The notes below the pieces were generated by a model, which saw nothing but the letters and a program-made list of their open reading frames with translations, did no database searches and was not told the origin of the DNA. A stretch of 64,000 nt of DNA from an uncultured Chloroflexia bacterium (GTDB taxonomy: Bacteria > Chloroflexota > Anaerolineae > B4-G1 > SLSP01). This document shows, piece by piece, positions 1 to 10,977 of this stretch (the stretch's first letter is position 1; each line of letters starts with the position of its first letter). The stretch is taken from the NCBI GenBank assembly GCA_963751345.1, contig CAVVUS010000030.1, positions 1-64,000 of the forward strand, given 5' to 3'. Position numbers and translations under genes: made by a program.

Positions 1-1118
1 AGAAGCCATCGATCATATCGAGACGTGGATCGCAAGGAAGGGGCCGAACCCCGAGCGGGTGGTTAACTGGCCTGGACCAAGGGCTGTATGGCTGATTACG
101 CAGCGGCACAGGCACTGTGGGCACAGCACTTGCATTTAGCGCATGCGTTGGCCGCTGAAATGACGGAGACGGATACGTTGATCGATACGGCTCTTAGATC
201 GCTTTAACCCTTGTCGACTGTTTTGCAGCGGCGGTCTCCTCGCGCAGGCAGGCAGCGTTGCCGAAGACGCGTGGGCTCTCTGCCAAGACCTGGGTGATAT
301 CAGCCTCAACACGTCTCGGGGCGATCCCGACTGGCTGTGGATCCACCATATGGCGGGTCTCCCTCCTGGCAATGTGGCTCAGTTCCTCATCGACAAGTGG
401 TCGCTGCGCGCCGGCGATGAAGCCGAGGGCTTGGTGCTCTGTCTTAGAGAATGGACTGAGCCATCTGAAGCGCTACTGGACGACTGGCTGGCTTGGGTGA
501 AACGACAGGCCGTCGCAAAGAATTGGGACGTCATTGGGTGGATGCGCGGCCAGATCACCCGGGGCTTTCACGCGCGCGGCCTTCCCCGAAGCCCGCACGG
601 CACTCTCCGAGGCGACGTGGAATCTGCTGACGCTCGCGCCGGAGGCCATGCGTGTGCCCTGGCAGTGGGAATGCTTTGACGTCTGGGCCTATCTTGACGT
701 CGGCGACCTGGAGGGCGCGGCGAGGGTGGCGGAGCGTGCTACGGAGGCGATGGGACCGGCCTTTGGGGGACCACTTCAAATCCAAGTCGCTGCCGCACGA
801 GGTGCTTCCACGCCGTCGGAACTCGTACGCCTGGTCGAAGACAACGGGATTCAGGCCGTGGACAGCTACGGGATGTCCGGCTGGTACCTGGTTGCCCGTG
901 AGGCCGCGGCATCCGGGGACAAGGCAACGGCGGTCAACGCCCTCCGGCGCACGTTGAGCTACTGGACCAATCCACCCCTGGGCTTCCTATCGCTTTGGGA
1001 AAACGACTCCTATTGGGGCGCGGTGGCCGACGAGCCTGAAGTCCTAGCGCTCTTCGCGGAGAGACGTGCCCGGATTGGGCCGATTCATGGGTTGCTTCAC
1101 TATTTCCCTGGTTGGTGA
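1..1118 (+). CDS. 3' part of a hypothetical helical (possibly TPR-like) protein, broken by several frameshifts
   Basis: Overlapping ORFs 350-679 and 534-1118 read as one Trp/Ala-rich helical protein if one base is removed near 585 (ggc ctt ccc c gaa gcc); plausible coding continues to the window start. Confidence 0.5.
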
Positions 1119-1226
1119 GCGGATATCTCAACCAGCGTGGCTCGATTTGGGACCTTTATAGTAGGCAATTGTCCCGTCGAGTCGCACAGATGGGAAACAC
1201 GCAAGTTTCAAACCAAGGGAATCCCA

Positions 1227-3080
1227 ATGACTGCAACGCAACCACTGCTAGCTTACCTTAGGACCACGACTCAAGCGACGCGTCGCACAACTCGGGTACT
1301 CACCCAAGCCATCCGGCTTCTCTGGGAGGCGAGCCCGACCCACACACTCCTCTCCGGCGTGCTCTATGCCGTGCAAGGCATTGTCCCACCGGTCAAGATC
1401 TGGCTGATGAAGGTGCTCATCGACCGGATTGCGGCTTCCATACAGGGAGCCTCGCTGACGGGCTGGCACGACTGGCTCTGGCCCGCGGCCTTACTTCTAG
1501 TCAGCAAGCTGGTCGAGATGTGGGCCCAGTCGGCCTCGCAGGCAGTCTCCGAACTGCTGGAGAACCAAGTAGTGCTCCGCACGCAATACCTGATCTTCAA
1601 GAAGACGGCGGAACTCGACATGGCCTTCTTCGAGAACGCCGCATTCTACGATCGACTCGTAAATGCCCGCAATGAGATCTGGCGGCTGCACAACGTGCCG
1701 TTCCTCTCCCTGAGCATCGTGCAGCAGATCCTGGCTCTGATCTTCACGCTGAGCTTGCTCATGCAGCTTCAGCCTTTCGCGATCGTCATTCTCTTCTTCA
1801 CCGCGGTTCCGTACGCACTCCTGAAGAGCTACTTCCAGACCCAACAATTCAACCTGGCCGTTGGCCGTATTCCGGCTCAGCGCATGGTAGACTATTTGGG
1901 CTACCGGCTCCTGGGCGTGCGAGAAGCCGTCAAGGAGATCCGCATCTTCGGGTTGGAACCCATTCTCCTGCAGCGTTTCGTTGACTTCTGGCAAGAACGC
2001 ATCGAGGAGCAGGCACGCCTTAGCCGAAGAGAGGTGCACGTTACCTCCATTCTGGCTCTGCTGCCAGCCGCGGGTGTGGTCTCCGTTTGGGGCTACGCTC
2101 TCGCCCAGGCGGCGGTTGGCACGATCACGATCGGTACGTTGGCCCTGGCGTTCCAGGCCGCCGAGCAAGCTCAAGCCGGGTTCAGGCTGCTCTTTCAACA
2201 AACCGGCTACCTTTACGGTCACACCCTCTACTTGACGGAGCTCTTCAAGCTTCTCAGCCTCTCGTCTGCATCGGTTCAGGGGGCGATCGAGAAGGCTTCT
2301 CTTGCGCATCCCGTGCCAGATCCTATCAAACAGGGCATCGAGTTCCGCAACGTCTCCTTTCGCTATCCGGGCAGCGAGACCTACGTGCTCAAGAGTGTAA
2401 GCTTCACGCTACGTCCGGGTGAGACGGTTGCACTGGTAGGGGAGAACGGTGCTGGTAAGACTACGGCAGCCAAGCTGCTCGCCCGGCTCTACGATCCTAC
2501 CGAGGGCACAATCCTTTTGGACAACCGCGATCTGCGGGACTACGATCTCGAGAGCTACCAGCGCCAGATCGGGATCATCTTTCAGGACTTCGTGCATTAT
2601 CACCTCACAGCCCGCGAAAACGTAAGCTTTGGTTACGTGGAGGCGATGGATGACGAGGCGAGAATCCTGGAAGCCGTAGCGCTGGGCGGGGCACAGTCAC
2701 TCATCCACGATCTTCCTCAGGGCCTCGACACAACGTTGGGCAAGACCTTCGAGGGTGGGGTAGATCTATCGGGCGGCCAGTGGCAGAAGCTTGCCCTCAG
2801 TCGTGCCTTTATGCGGGCCGGCCAACTTCTGGTTCTGGACGAACCAACAGCCGCGCTTGACCCTCTGGCCGAGTATGAAGTCTACCAGCGTTTCGCCGAC
2901 CTGGTGAACGGCAAGATGGCCATCCTAGTCTCTCATCGCTTTTCGACGGTCAAAATGGCAGATCGGATCCTCGTCCTGCGTGCCGGAACGTTGATCGAGG
3001 AGGGAACCCACGAAGAGTTGGTAGCCCTGCAGGGACGCTATGCCGAGATGTTCAGCAAACAGGCAGAAAGTTTCCAATGA
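1227..3080 (+). CDS. ABC transporter, fused permease/ATP-binding (exporter)
   Basis: N-terminal TM helices; Walker A GENGAGKT, signature LSGGQWQK, Walker B LLVLDEPT, H-loop VSHRFS; ATG at 1227 after aaggga. Confidence 0.92.
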   Translation: MTATQPLLAYLRTTTQATRRTTRVLTQAIRLLWEASPTHTLLSGVLYAVQGIVPPVKIWLMKVLIDRIAASIQGASLTGWHDWLWPAALLLVSKLVEMWAQSASQAVSELLENQVVLRTQYLIFKKTAELDMAFFENAAFYDRLVNARNEIWRLHNVPFLSLSIVQQILALIFTLSLLMQLQPFAIVILFFTAVPYALLKSYFQTQQFNLAVGRIPAQRMVDYLGYRLLGVREAVKEIRIFGLEPILLQRFVDFWQERIEEQARLSRREVHVTSILALLPAAGVVSVWGYALAQAAVGTITIGTLALAFQAAEQAQAGFRLLFQQTGYLYGHTLYLTELFKLLSLSSASVQGAIEKASLAHPVPDPIKQGIEFRNVSFRYPGSETYVLKSVSFTLRPGETVALVGENGAGKTTAAKLLARLYDPTEGTILLDNRDLRDYDLESYQRQIGIIFQDFVHYHLTARENVSFGYVEAMDDEARILEAVALGGAQSLIHDLPQGLDTTLGKTFEGGVDLSGGQWQKLALSRAFMRAGQLLVLDEPTAALDPLAEYEVYQRFADLVNGKMAILVSHRFSTVKMADRILVLRAGTLIEEGTHEELVALQGRYAEMFSKQAESFQ

Positions 3081-3340
3081 GGGCGACAGATACCAATCGC
3101 TCTTTCCGTAGGGACATCACACACTCCGCCGCCATCGTGTTCTCCTGAAGAGAATACCTTCAGCTAATCAATTCTGCGGTCACGCCGGAGCAGTTCTGGT
3201 CTCCTGCATAGGCAGAAGCCACACCATGGAGTTGGACCTCTAAGGCAAGGCTATGCCTTTTGGGCCTATCACACCACTGTCACGCTCGCCGGCACCCATC
3301 AGAATCGAAAAGATTGCGCATCGTCACGGAAGCGGGCATC

Positions 3341-6300
3341 CTATTCTTCCATCACCGTGAATTGACCGCCCTCGCTGCGCCCAAAGACGTCCGGGAAGTA
3401 CATCTCCGACGCCGTCGCCGGGAGGACATTGTAGACGCCGGGCACGCTGGCGCGCATCACGTAGCTGTACTCGTAGGTGCCGCGCGGGAGATAGGTCGAG
3501 AAGAGCGTCACCTTCTCATCGCGCATCTCGGCGTGAGAGAACCACCACCAACCCCACCCGTACCACCGGTACCAGTTATCCTCTTGCTCGGCGGTCAGGT
3601 TGCGCACGGTGGGCGCCTCGCCGACAACGCTCGTCGTGTTGAGCGTGACGTCCACGGCCTCACACCCGGCGGGGAGCGGGTCCTCGACGGTGACGTAGTA
3701 GAGGTCGGTGGGCGCCACGATGGTCAGCTTGACACGAATGGTGTCCCCGACCGCGGCCTGGCTCACGTCGGCATCGGGCTGATCCACCAGGCTGTACTGC
3801 CGCGCGACGATGATGCCGCGGTCCAGCGCCTGTACGTCCTGGACGGGGACGAAGTATCTGAGCTGGGCCGTGTAGTAGAGCTGCCCCTCGCCGCTCTGTT
3901 CGCCGGTGGGCGGCTGGCGCTCGATAATCAGCCGGTTCACCTGATCCGCGAAGAGCTGGGCGATCTCGACCTGCGCGCGCTGGGTCTCGACCCCGCTGTT
4001 CTCACGCCGGATCGTGTCGGCATTCACGTCGCCGCTCAGCAGCGTCTCGCCGTTGAGCGACACCGTATAGCTGAACTGCCCCTGTAGCTCCCCGGTCGCC
4101 CGCATATAGGCTACGAGCGCCATCAGCGACCAGGAGGTCGTGTTCGTTGACTCCCAGTACCCGGCCTGGCGCACGTCCATCAGCCACCGGACGACGTTGG
4201 GCAGCAGCTCGCTGTCAGGATTGTGGCGCGCCATTGCCCACAGCACGATCGCCGTCGTGCGAACGTCGGTGTTCATGTTCCAGTAGTCGGGCTCCGCCTC
4301 CTCCCAATGCGTGCCCGTTGCGCTCAGTACGGCATCACCGGCAAGGTTGGAGATGAGCGTATCCACCCGTGTCTGCTCCCCCGGCTGCAGCAGCCCAAGC
4401 GCCATGGCGACCAGTGCCTGGCCGTAGTGGTCAAGTTGGTCGCGCTGGCTGTAGAGGTTCACAGCACGCCCGAGCTCGCCCGCCGCCTCTGCCCCCGGCA
4501 CCAGGTTGACGTACTCTGCCAGGACGTAGAGCTGGTACGCCAGCCGGTTGAGCTGCCAGCGGGAAGAATTCCGCGTGACTGAGACCAGGTTGTCACGCAG
4601 ATACGCAGCCGCATCGCTCATCACACCTGGGTCAACGGTGAAACCCGCCCGATAGGCCTCCAGCAGTCCCTGGAGGGCGTAGGTCGTCAGATAGGGGTCG
4701 CTCTCATCGGTGACCCACCAGCCCCAGCCGCCATCGTAATGCCGCTCATTGTAGAGCCGCTGGAGCGCGAGACCTACCTGCTGCCGGAGGTCGCGCTCCA
4801 GGTCGGGGCGGGAGAGCCCCATCTCGTCCAGCGCCTGGAACGTCATCACGTTGGGCAAGAACCGGCTTACGGTTTGCTCGACACACTCGTAAGGATAGTG
4901 CTTCAGATAGTCGAGCGCATCAGCCGTCGCGCCGGTCAGCGAGCCATTCACCTGCACCGTGAGCTCGCCCTGCGCAGGATCGAATTCGTGGGGCAATTGC
5001 ACGACCTCCTGGCGGAGCCCGGCCTCGGAGAGCCTGCCGGCGGTCGCAATAATCTCGGGCGTCGCATAGGCGTAGACAGGGAGTGCATCCTCCCTCCCGT
5101 CAAAGAGCGAACCCGCACGAGCTTCCATCCGGACGGTCACCTGCTCCCCCTGCAAGACCGTGACGGGCCACACGACCTTGGCCTCACCACCTGCGGGGAG
5201 CGAGGTCGTCTGCACCGTCGCACCTTCCACCGTCAGGCCCTCGACGGCGATCGACACGTCCGCGGAGACGTCCTCTGCGGTGTTGTTGTGCACGATCGTG
5301 GCGATCTCGGCCCGATCGCCGACGACGAAAAAGCGCGGCAGCACCGGGCGAACCAGCATGTCGAGCGTGGTGCGTATATCGACCTCGCTGCGCCCCACCA
5401 ACGTGTCCGCCGTGATCGCGCGCGCCTGCATCCGCCACGTCGTCAGGTTGTCCGGCAGAGCCACTTCGACGCGCGCGTGTCCGGTGGCATCGGTCCGGAC
5501 GACAGCGGCCCAATATGCGGTGTCAGCAAATCGGGTACGGATAAGACCCGTGTTATCCTCTCCACCGCCGCCCCCGCCCTTCGCGCCCGGCGCCAGGTCG
5601 CGGTTGTAGGCCTCCATCGCGATGGCCAGCGGCGTGCTGGTGCGCACACTCAATCCCCGCTCGCTCCAGAAACGCTCCATCAGCGTGGGCTCGGTCTCAT
5701 CCGCCAACGCCAGCACGGCCAGATCGGCCAGGCGTAAGGATAGCTCTGCCTCGACCGGATTCCCCGCGCTGTCGGTCACGTGGACGTCGTAGACCGCCGT
5801 TTCGCGTGGGCGATAGGTCTCGCCTTGCGTCATGTCCCGGTCCGGGGTCAGCGTGACCTGCAATTGCTTGCTCTCGGTAGAGACCGGCAGCATCGCCTCG
5901 CCCATCCTGAAGCTGGCGAGGCGGTCCGGCGTCTGTCCCGCGCCCTGCATCAGGACGACGGAGACGAAGACGTTCGGCACGTAGCTCTCCTTGATGGGAA
6001 TACGCAGGACTTCGGTGGTGCCCTGCAGCTCGCGAACCTCGGTCTCCAGAATGTGGCCGCGCTCAATCGTGATCAGGGCCTGGACCGTGCCACTGTAAGG
6101 CGAGGGGATCAAGATCTCGGCGACGTCCCCGATCTGGTAAAGGTCGCGGTCGGTGATCAGGTCGATACGACTGGTGCTCTCACGCCGCCAGGAGGCCTCG
6201 CCCCCGCCCCACACCCAGAGATAGGTGCTGCTCCGGATGACGTTGCCCTTTGCATCCTCGCCGGTGGCCCGCACGCGGTAGCTGCCCGATTTCTCCGGCG

Positions 6301-9300
6301 TGAACGAGATCACGGCCATGCCGGCGGCGTCCGTCCTGGCGGTCGTCGTGTAGACGGGCACATCCTCCGTCGTCCAGGTCCAGTAAGCGTTGCCATCGTC
6401 AGCCTCCTGGCGCACGCTGTACCAGCGATGCTCCATCACCACCACGTCCAGCGCCACGCGCGCCATCAGGTGCGCTCTCCCAGTCCACCGTCAGGACGTC
6501 CACCGCCTGGGCCTCACCAGCCTGGGCCACCCGCTCCTCCGGTGCAAGGCCGACATAAAAGTCTCCCTTGTGCACCACTGTCGTCGTACGCTGGCTCACG
6601 ACTTGGTCGTTGATATCGGTGACATTGGCCTCGATGGTAAAACTCCGGCTGCTGATCTCCTCGGCAATATCCGCCGAGACCTGAAAGGTCGCACGTCCCT
6701 GGGAATCGGTGGTCGTCGATCCATCGGCGATCAGCCGGCCATAGCTGCCATAGACCTGGCCGTAATCCGCTCCGTACTCGTAGTCGGTCCAGCTATAGCG
6801 TGGGCAGGTCTGCCCGGTCGGGCAATCGTAGGTGAACTCATAGGGCGCACTCAGCACATTCCAGTCCAGTGTCGCATTCGCCACCGCGCCCCCGAAATAG
6901 TAGGACGCCTGAACCGTCACGTTGATGGGGTCGCCGCTCAGATAGCCGGCGCGATCGGTCTCGACGGAGACCTCAAACTCGGGCTGGCGGTATTCTGCGA
7001 CGCGGAAGCTCGTGCCCGCGTAGAAGTCCTGGTCCGGCGATGCGGGATCCTGGCCCTGCATCTGCAGGAAGTAGGTGCCGAGGGGGGCTTCCTCGCCCAA
7101 CGATAGCTCATCGTAGAAGGTACCCATCTCGCTGGCCTGCAGCGACGCGCTGTAGAGCTCCTTGCCCTGCGGATCGCTGACCGTGACGTCCAACAGCCCG
7201 ACGTCGTAAGGGATCGTGTAGTCGGCATCGTCATCCTGGCGGAGAATCCCCTTGAAGTAGACGGTCTGGCCGGGGCGATAGATCGGCCGATCGGTGTAGA
7301 GATACGAAACGTACGGGCTGGCCCCGTAGTCACTGTTGAGATCGAAGTTCCACGGGCGGATCCCATTGTCCCAATCATTGAAGGCGACGGCGAAGTTGGC
7401 GTCGCCGGGATCGCCTGACGCCACGAAATACTCGTCCCAGAGGTCGACGCCGGTGAGATTGCGGGCAATCCACAGCCCGTTTTCGTCCGTGATCCCCTCC
7501 CCGGGCTGTAGCCGCCCTCCCCGGTAGAAACGGATCTGCTGATCGGCCAGCGGCTCCCCCGTTCGCAGATCGGTGGCCCAGACGAGGGACTCCGCCGACG
7601 CCTGCTTCACCACCAAGTTGAGACGACTTCGCACCAGCGTGAAGGTCGCGGGTCCGGCATCCGGATTGCGCGCCAGGACTTCAGGCGCGGTGAGTTGCAG
7701 ATAGTAGATCCCAGGCGGCAGTTGAGCCTCGGCGGCATCAACGATATCGAGGCTGTGGAGGTAGGCCACGTTACGCGTCGCCTCCAGAGGTACCGACCAC
7801 TGGCGGATCAGGTCTGCAGGCGACGGGCTGAACTCGTTACGATAGTCGTAGCTACCGTATCCGTGCAACTGCATGAACGTGGTAATCGACAGGCGGTAGA
7901 GCGCGACGTCCAGGCGCGTCACATTGCGGTGACGCACGTAGACGAGCGTGTCAGTGTAGGCATCGAAGGTGCCGATGGTCCCGAGCGTGCTCAGGCTTGC
8001 GTAAGGCGATAGATCGCCCGTGGTAAAGCGCAGCGTAAACGCCGCGCCCAGCGGTGCACCATAAGTGTCCGGCGTGTCTGCGTCCAGCGTGAGTCGGTAG
8101 GACGTCGCCGGCTCCTTGGGGAACGAGAGGCGGAGCATCGTGTCGGATTCGTGCCAGTAGGTGTAGACCTCTGTGGGCTTTGGCACGATCGTAAGGTGAT
8201 CCAGGAGGACGTCCGTCTGCATAGGGCTGGCAAAGGTGATCTCCACGTCACTCAGCGGCTCGACGTCACGCTCGCCGTCATCAGGGGTAACGTTTACGAT
8301 GCCGGGATCTCGCACGGTCCAGAAGCGCCAGGCCAGATCGTCAGCCAAGGTGCTCTGGCTGCCGCGGGCCCGAGCCGAGCCCTTGAGATTCGCGCTGACC
8401 ATCACGTTGCGCAGGAAGGGCTGGTCCGGTGAAAACAACAGCGTCTCGCTATCTGTTGGATGGGTCCCGCCCATCCATCGCAAGGATCCCTTCACGTCTT
8501 CCCCATCGACCTGGAGTGCGAAGGCAGCCTCCGTGGACGCGTGATCCATCGGCTGGTTAAACGTGACGCTGATCACGTCGCCGGGCCCGACGTATTGGGC
8601 GTTGCTGCGCGGGGAAAACGCGGTGACCATCGGCCCGACGGTGGAGAAGCTCCACGTATAGTCCCCCTCCATCTCGAAGCCCAGCGTGTCCTGCAGCCCG
8701 GCGGCGATCGTCGCCTCATAGGTCGTCGCGGGGGCAAACCCCTGTGCCGGATGAAAGCGGTAGACCGCGGTGTTGAGCCATTCCCCTTCGCCGTCGACCG
8801 GCGGGTCAAAGGTCAGGGGGTCGGGCAGATCGCCCTGTTGGGCCACCGAGGTCAAGGGGACCACAGGGCGGTTGAAGACGACCGTCACGGTGGTGTCGGG
8901 GTCGATCTCCTCGCTGCCCGGTGCCGGCTGGACCTCGGCGACTTCCAGGAATCCTATCGTCTGGAAATCAAAGGAGACGGGCTCCAGGAGTTGGGCGCCT
9001 TCGGCGTTCCGGGCAGTATCGCCCACGATCACCTCATAGGAGGCACCTCTCTCAAAAGCTCCGGCAGGCGTGAACCGCAGCGTGCGTGCATCTGCCCACG
9101 TGAGCTGTCCCGCAACCTGAGGCTCGATGGCAAAAGCACGGGCTACACTCTGTTGGTCCATCGGCTGATCGAAGACCAGCTCGACCGGTGCATCGAGCGC
9201 CTGGGGTTCATAGGGCTCGGGAGTGCGGGAGAGTAGCTTCGGCGCGGGCAGCGGCGGGTACGATTCGGGTGTTGGCGATGCCGTGGCCTGCGGTGACCCG

Positions 9301-9410
9301 GACGTCGGCGTCGCCTCCTCGCGTCCGAGCGATCCAATGAAGTCACACGAAAGCGTGACGAGCAGCGTGATCACCAAGGCTATGCGATTGAGCGCCGTCC
9401 TCTTCTTCAT
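3341..9410 (-). CDS. Bacterial alpha-2-macroglobulin (MG2/YfhM family) lipoprotein with N-terminal Ig-like (Big_5-type) repeats; one frameshift near 6470
   Basis: ORFs 6399-9470 and 3341-6466 join; lipobox TLSC; repeated VxFNQPMD Ig-like motifs; YTDRPIYRPGQTV, LPDNLTTWR, thioester motif YPYECVEQ, C-terminal EMYFPDVFGRS. Confidence 0.92.
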
Positions 9411-9490
9411 ACTGTCACTCCTCAGACCTATCGAACGAGGTAACGCCGGGTCCCGCGAGAGGCAGACCAATCATCATGTAGACGAGAGAA

Positions 9491-9499
9491 AGTGTAGCA
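9491..9499 (-). promoter_or_regulatory. Putative extended -10 promoter of the alpha-2-macroglobulin gene
   Basis: TGCTACACT on the minus strand about 80 bp upstream of the ATG, divergent from the tRNA promoter. Confidence 0.45.
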
Positions 9500-9541
9500 T
9501 TGTTCCCAAGGTCTGTCACTCCGCACGCGTGAAAATCGACC

Positions 9542-9569
9542 TTGACTTATCCCGCGAGGCTGATATACT
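9542..9569 (+). promoter_or_regulatory. Sigma70-type promoter of tRNA-Met
   Basis: TTGACT-N16-TATACT with TGn extension, 14 bp before the tRNA. Confidence 0.75.
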
Positions 9570-9583
9570 GTGGAACATAACGA

Positions 9584-9655
9584 TGCGGGGTAGAGCAGTG
9601 GCAGCTCGTCGGGCTCATAACCCGGAGGTCGGTGGTTCGAATCCACCCCCCGCTA
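9584..9655 (+). tRNA. tRNA-Met (CAT), initiator type; CCA not encoded
   Basis: Cloverleaf TGCGGGG...CCCCGCTA, anticodon loop CTCATAA, three G-C pairs in the anticodon stem, unpaired 1:72, TTCGAAT T-loop. Confidence 0.97.
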
Positions 9656-9658
9656 CTC

Positions 9659-9690
9659 AAGAGAGAGGCCTTTCGGCCTCTCTCTTTTTT
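9659..9690 (+). terminator. Rho-independent terminator after the tRNA (may also serve convergent mobA)
   Basis: aagagagaggcc-tttc-ggcctctctctt followed by a T run. Confidence 0.85.
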
Positions 9691-9708
9691 GCTTGTATGG
9701 GGCAATGC

Positions 9709-10305
9709 CTACCGCGCCAGCTTCCTTTGGACCACCTCCCAGTCGTGGGGCGTGTTCACGTTGAAAAACGAGTCGCCCGATGGATCCCAGCGGCGGATCT
9801 GGCTCTCGGGCATCAAACAGACGCGCACCTCGGGATAGAATGCAACGACGCGGCGTCGACCACTGACAAGCGCCCGCTCGGCGGCCCTGGCACAGACGGT
9901 GGCTCGATAGAGCGCGTGGAGCGGCTCGAACTCCTCATGCCAGCGGGGAACGACCACGTCACACACGGCGGGATCGGCTTGCCGAGACATCGCCTGCAGC
10001 AGATCAGGGTTGAGGAACGGCATATCACCTGCTACCACAAATGCCCAATCGTCTTGCGCCGCATCGAGTCCCGCGTGCACACCGGCCAGCACCCCCATCC
10101 CCGGATAGCGATCCGCTACAACGTGCGCATCCAGACCGGTAAGGGATCCAGGATCCTGGGTCACGACGATGAGCTCAGTGACCAACGGGCGCAAGCGCGC
10201 CAACACCCATCCCAGCAACGTCGTACCGTTCAGCGTCAAGAATCGCTTATCGCGCCCCATACGCTCACTGGATCCTCCCGCGAGCACAACTCCGCTATAG
10301 GCCAC
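9709..10305 (-). CDS. mobA: Molybdenum cofactor guanylyltransferase
   Basis: LAGGSSERMGRDK, VAGDMPF, EPLHALY, FFNVNTPHD motifs. Confidence 0.92.
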   Translation of the reverse strand: MAYSGVVLAGGSSERMGRDKRFLTLNGTTLLGWVLARLRPLVTELIVVTQDPGSLTGLDAHVVADRYPGMGVLAGVHAGLDAAQDDWAFVVAGDMPFLNPDLLQAMSRQADPAVCDVVVPRWHEEFEPLHALYRATVCARAAERALVSGRRRVVAFYPEVRVCLMPESQIRRWDPSGDSFFNVNTPHDWEVVQRKLAR

Positions 10306-10326
10306 GATAGCCTTCTTCGCTGCAGA

Positions 10327-10713
10327 CTACGACTCGAGTCTTTCAACGCGGACAGCACTCACCTTGTATTCGGGGATCTTTGCCACAGGATCAAGGAATG
10401 CCCCGGTAGCCCAATTGGCGTTCCCCTCGGGGAAATGGAAGGTGCCAAAGACCAGCCCCAGGGCGACGCGGTCCGTCAGCCACGCGCGGGCGACGAACTC
10501 CCCACGGCGCGAGACGATCTTCACCTTGTCTCCCTCGGCGATACCCAATCGGCTGGCATCGTCCGGGTGTATTTCTACCCACGGCTCGGGATAGAGAGAC
10601 ATCAAGCTCTTGGAGCGCCGTGTCATTGTGGACTTGCCATACCCCTCTAGGAACGACCTCGGCGACAAATCAGTATGACCACCCATCGGATCGTTGAGCC
10701 GCTGTGTAGCCAT
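10327..10713 (-). CDS. Stand-alone molybdopterin dinucleotide-binding domain (C-terminal domain of formate dehydrogenase alpha); possibly a gene remnant
   Basis: TMTRRS...VEIHPDDASRLGIAEGDKVKIVSRRG...FHF...ANWAT...DPVAKIPEYKVSAV; no catalytic domains upstream. Confidence 0.75.
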   Translation of the reverse strand: MATQRLNDPMGGHTDLSPRSFLEGYGKSTMTRRSKSLMSLYPEPWVEIHPDDASRLGIAEGDKVKIVSRRGEFVARAWLTDRVALGLVFGTFHFPEGNANWATGAFLDPVAKIPEYKVSAVRVERLES

Positions 10714-10977
10714 AGCGACGCTCGACGATCGGGCAACAAAGACGAGGGGAAAAAGGGGGGTTGAAGGGTACCAGCGTTGTCCACGCTACAGTCTAGCAGA
10801 CTCGACGCGTTAGGCTACCTTGTGGAGCTACGGGGCACAGTACCTCATGCAAAACCGTGCCGCATGGCGCGACACGGTACGCCCAATCGCCCTAGGGCCG
10901 GCCCGGAAAGCTGTCGGGGCGGCTGCCCCCTCTATCGCTGTCGCCCAACCCATTCAATGTCAAATCGGTTGTCAATT

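Noticed and set aside
6399-6480. Programmed ribosomal frameshift in the alpha-2-macroglobulin gene
   Set aside because: No slippery heptamer; same single-base pattern as many other breaks in the window
9584-9708. Integrative element at tRNA-Met
   Set aside because: No integrase and no duplicated tRNA 3' end (att site) seen in the window
9223-10650. 475-aa plus-strand ORF across the tRNA, and other long antisense ORFs (e.g. 27553-29316, 42959-44272)
   Set aside because: Shadow ORFs opposite well-supported genes in GC-rich DNA; no recognisable motifs
10848-10862. Sigma54-like promoter CGGCACGGTTTTGCA on the minus strand upstream of the Fdh fragment
   Set aside because: GG-to-GC spacing is 9 rather than the required 10; it would hold only if the A run is miscalled
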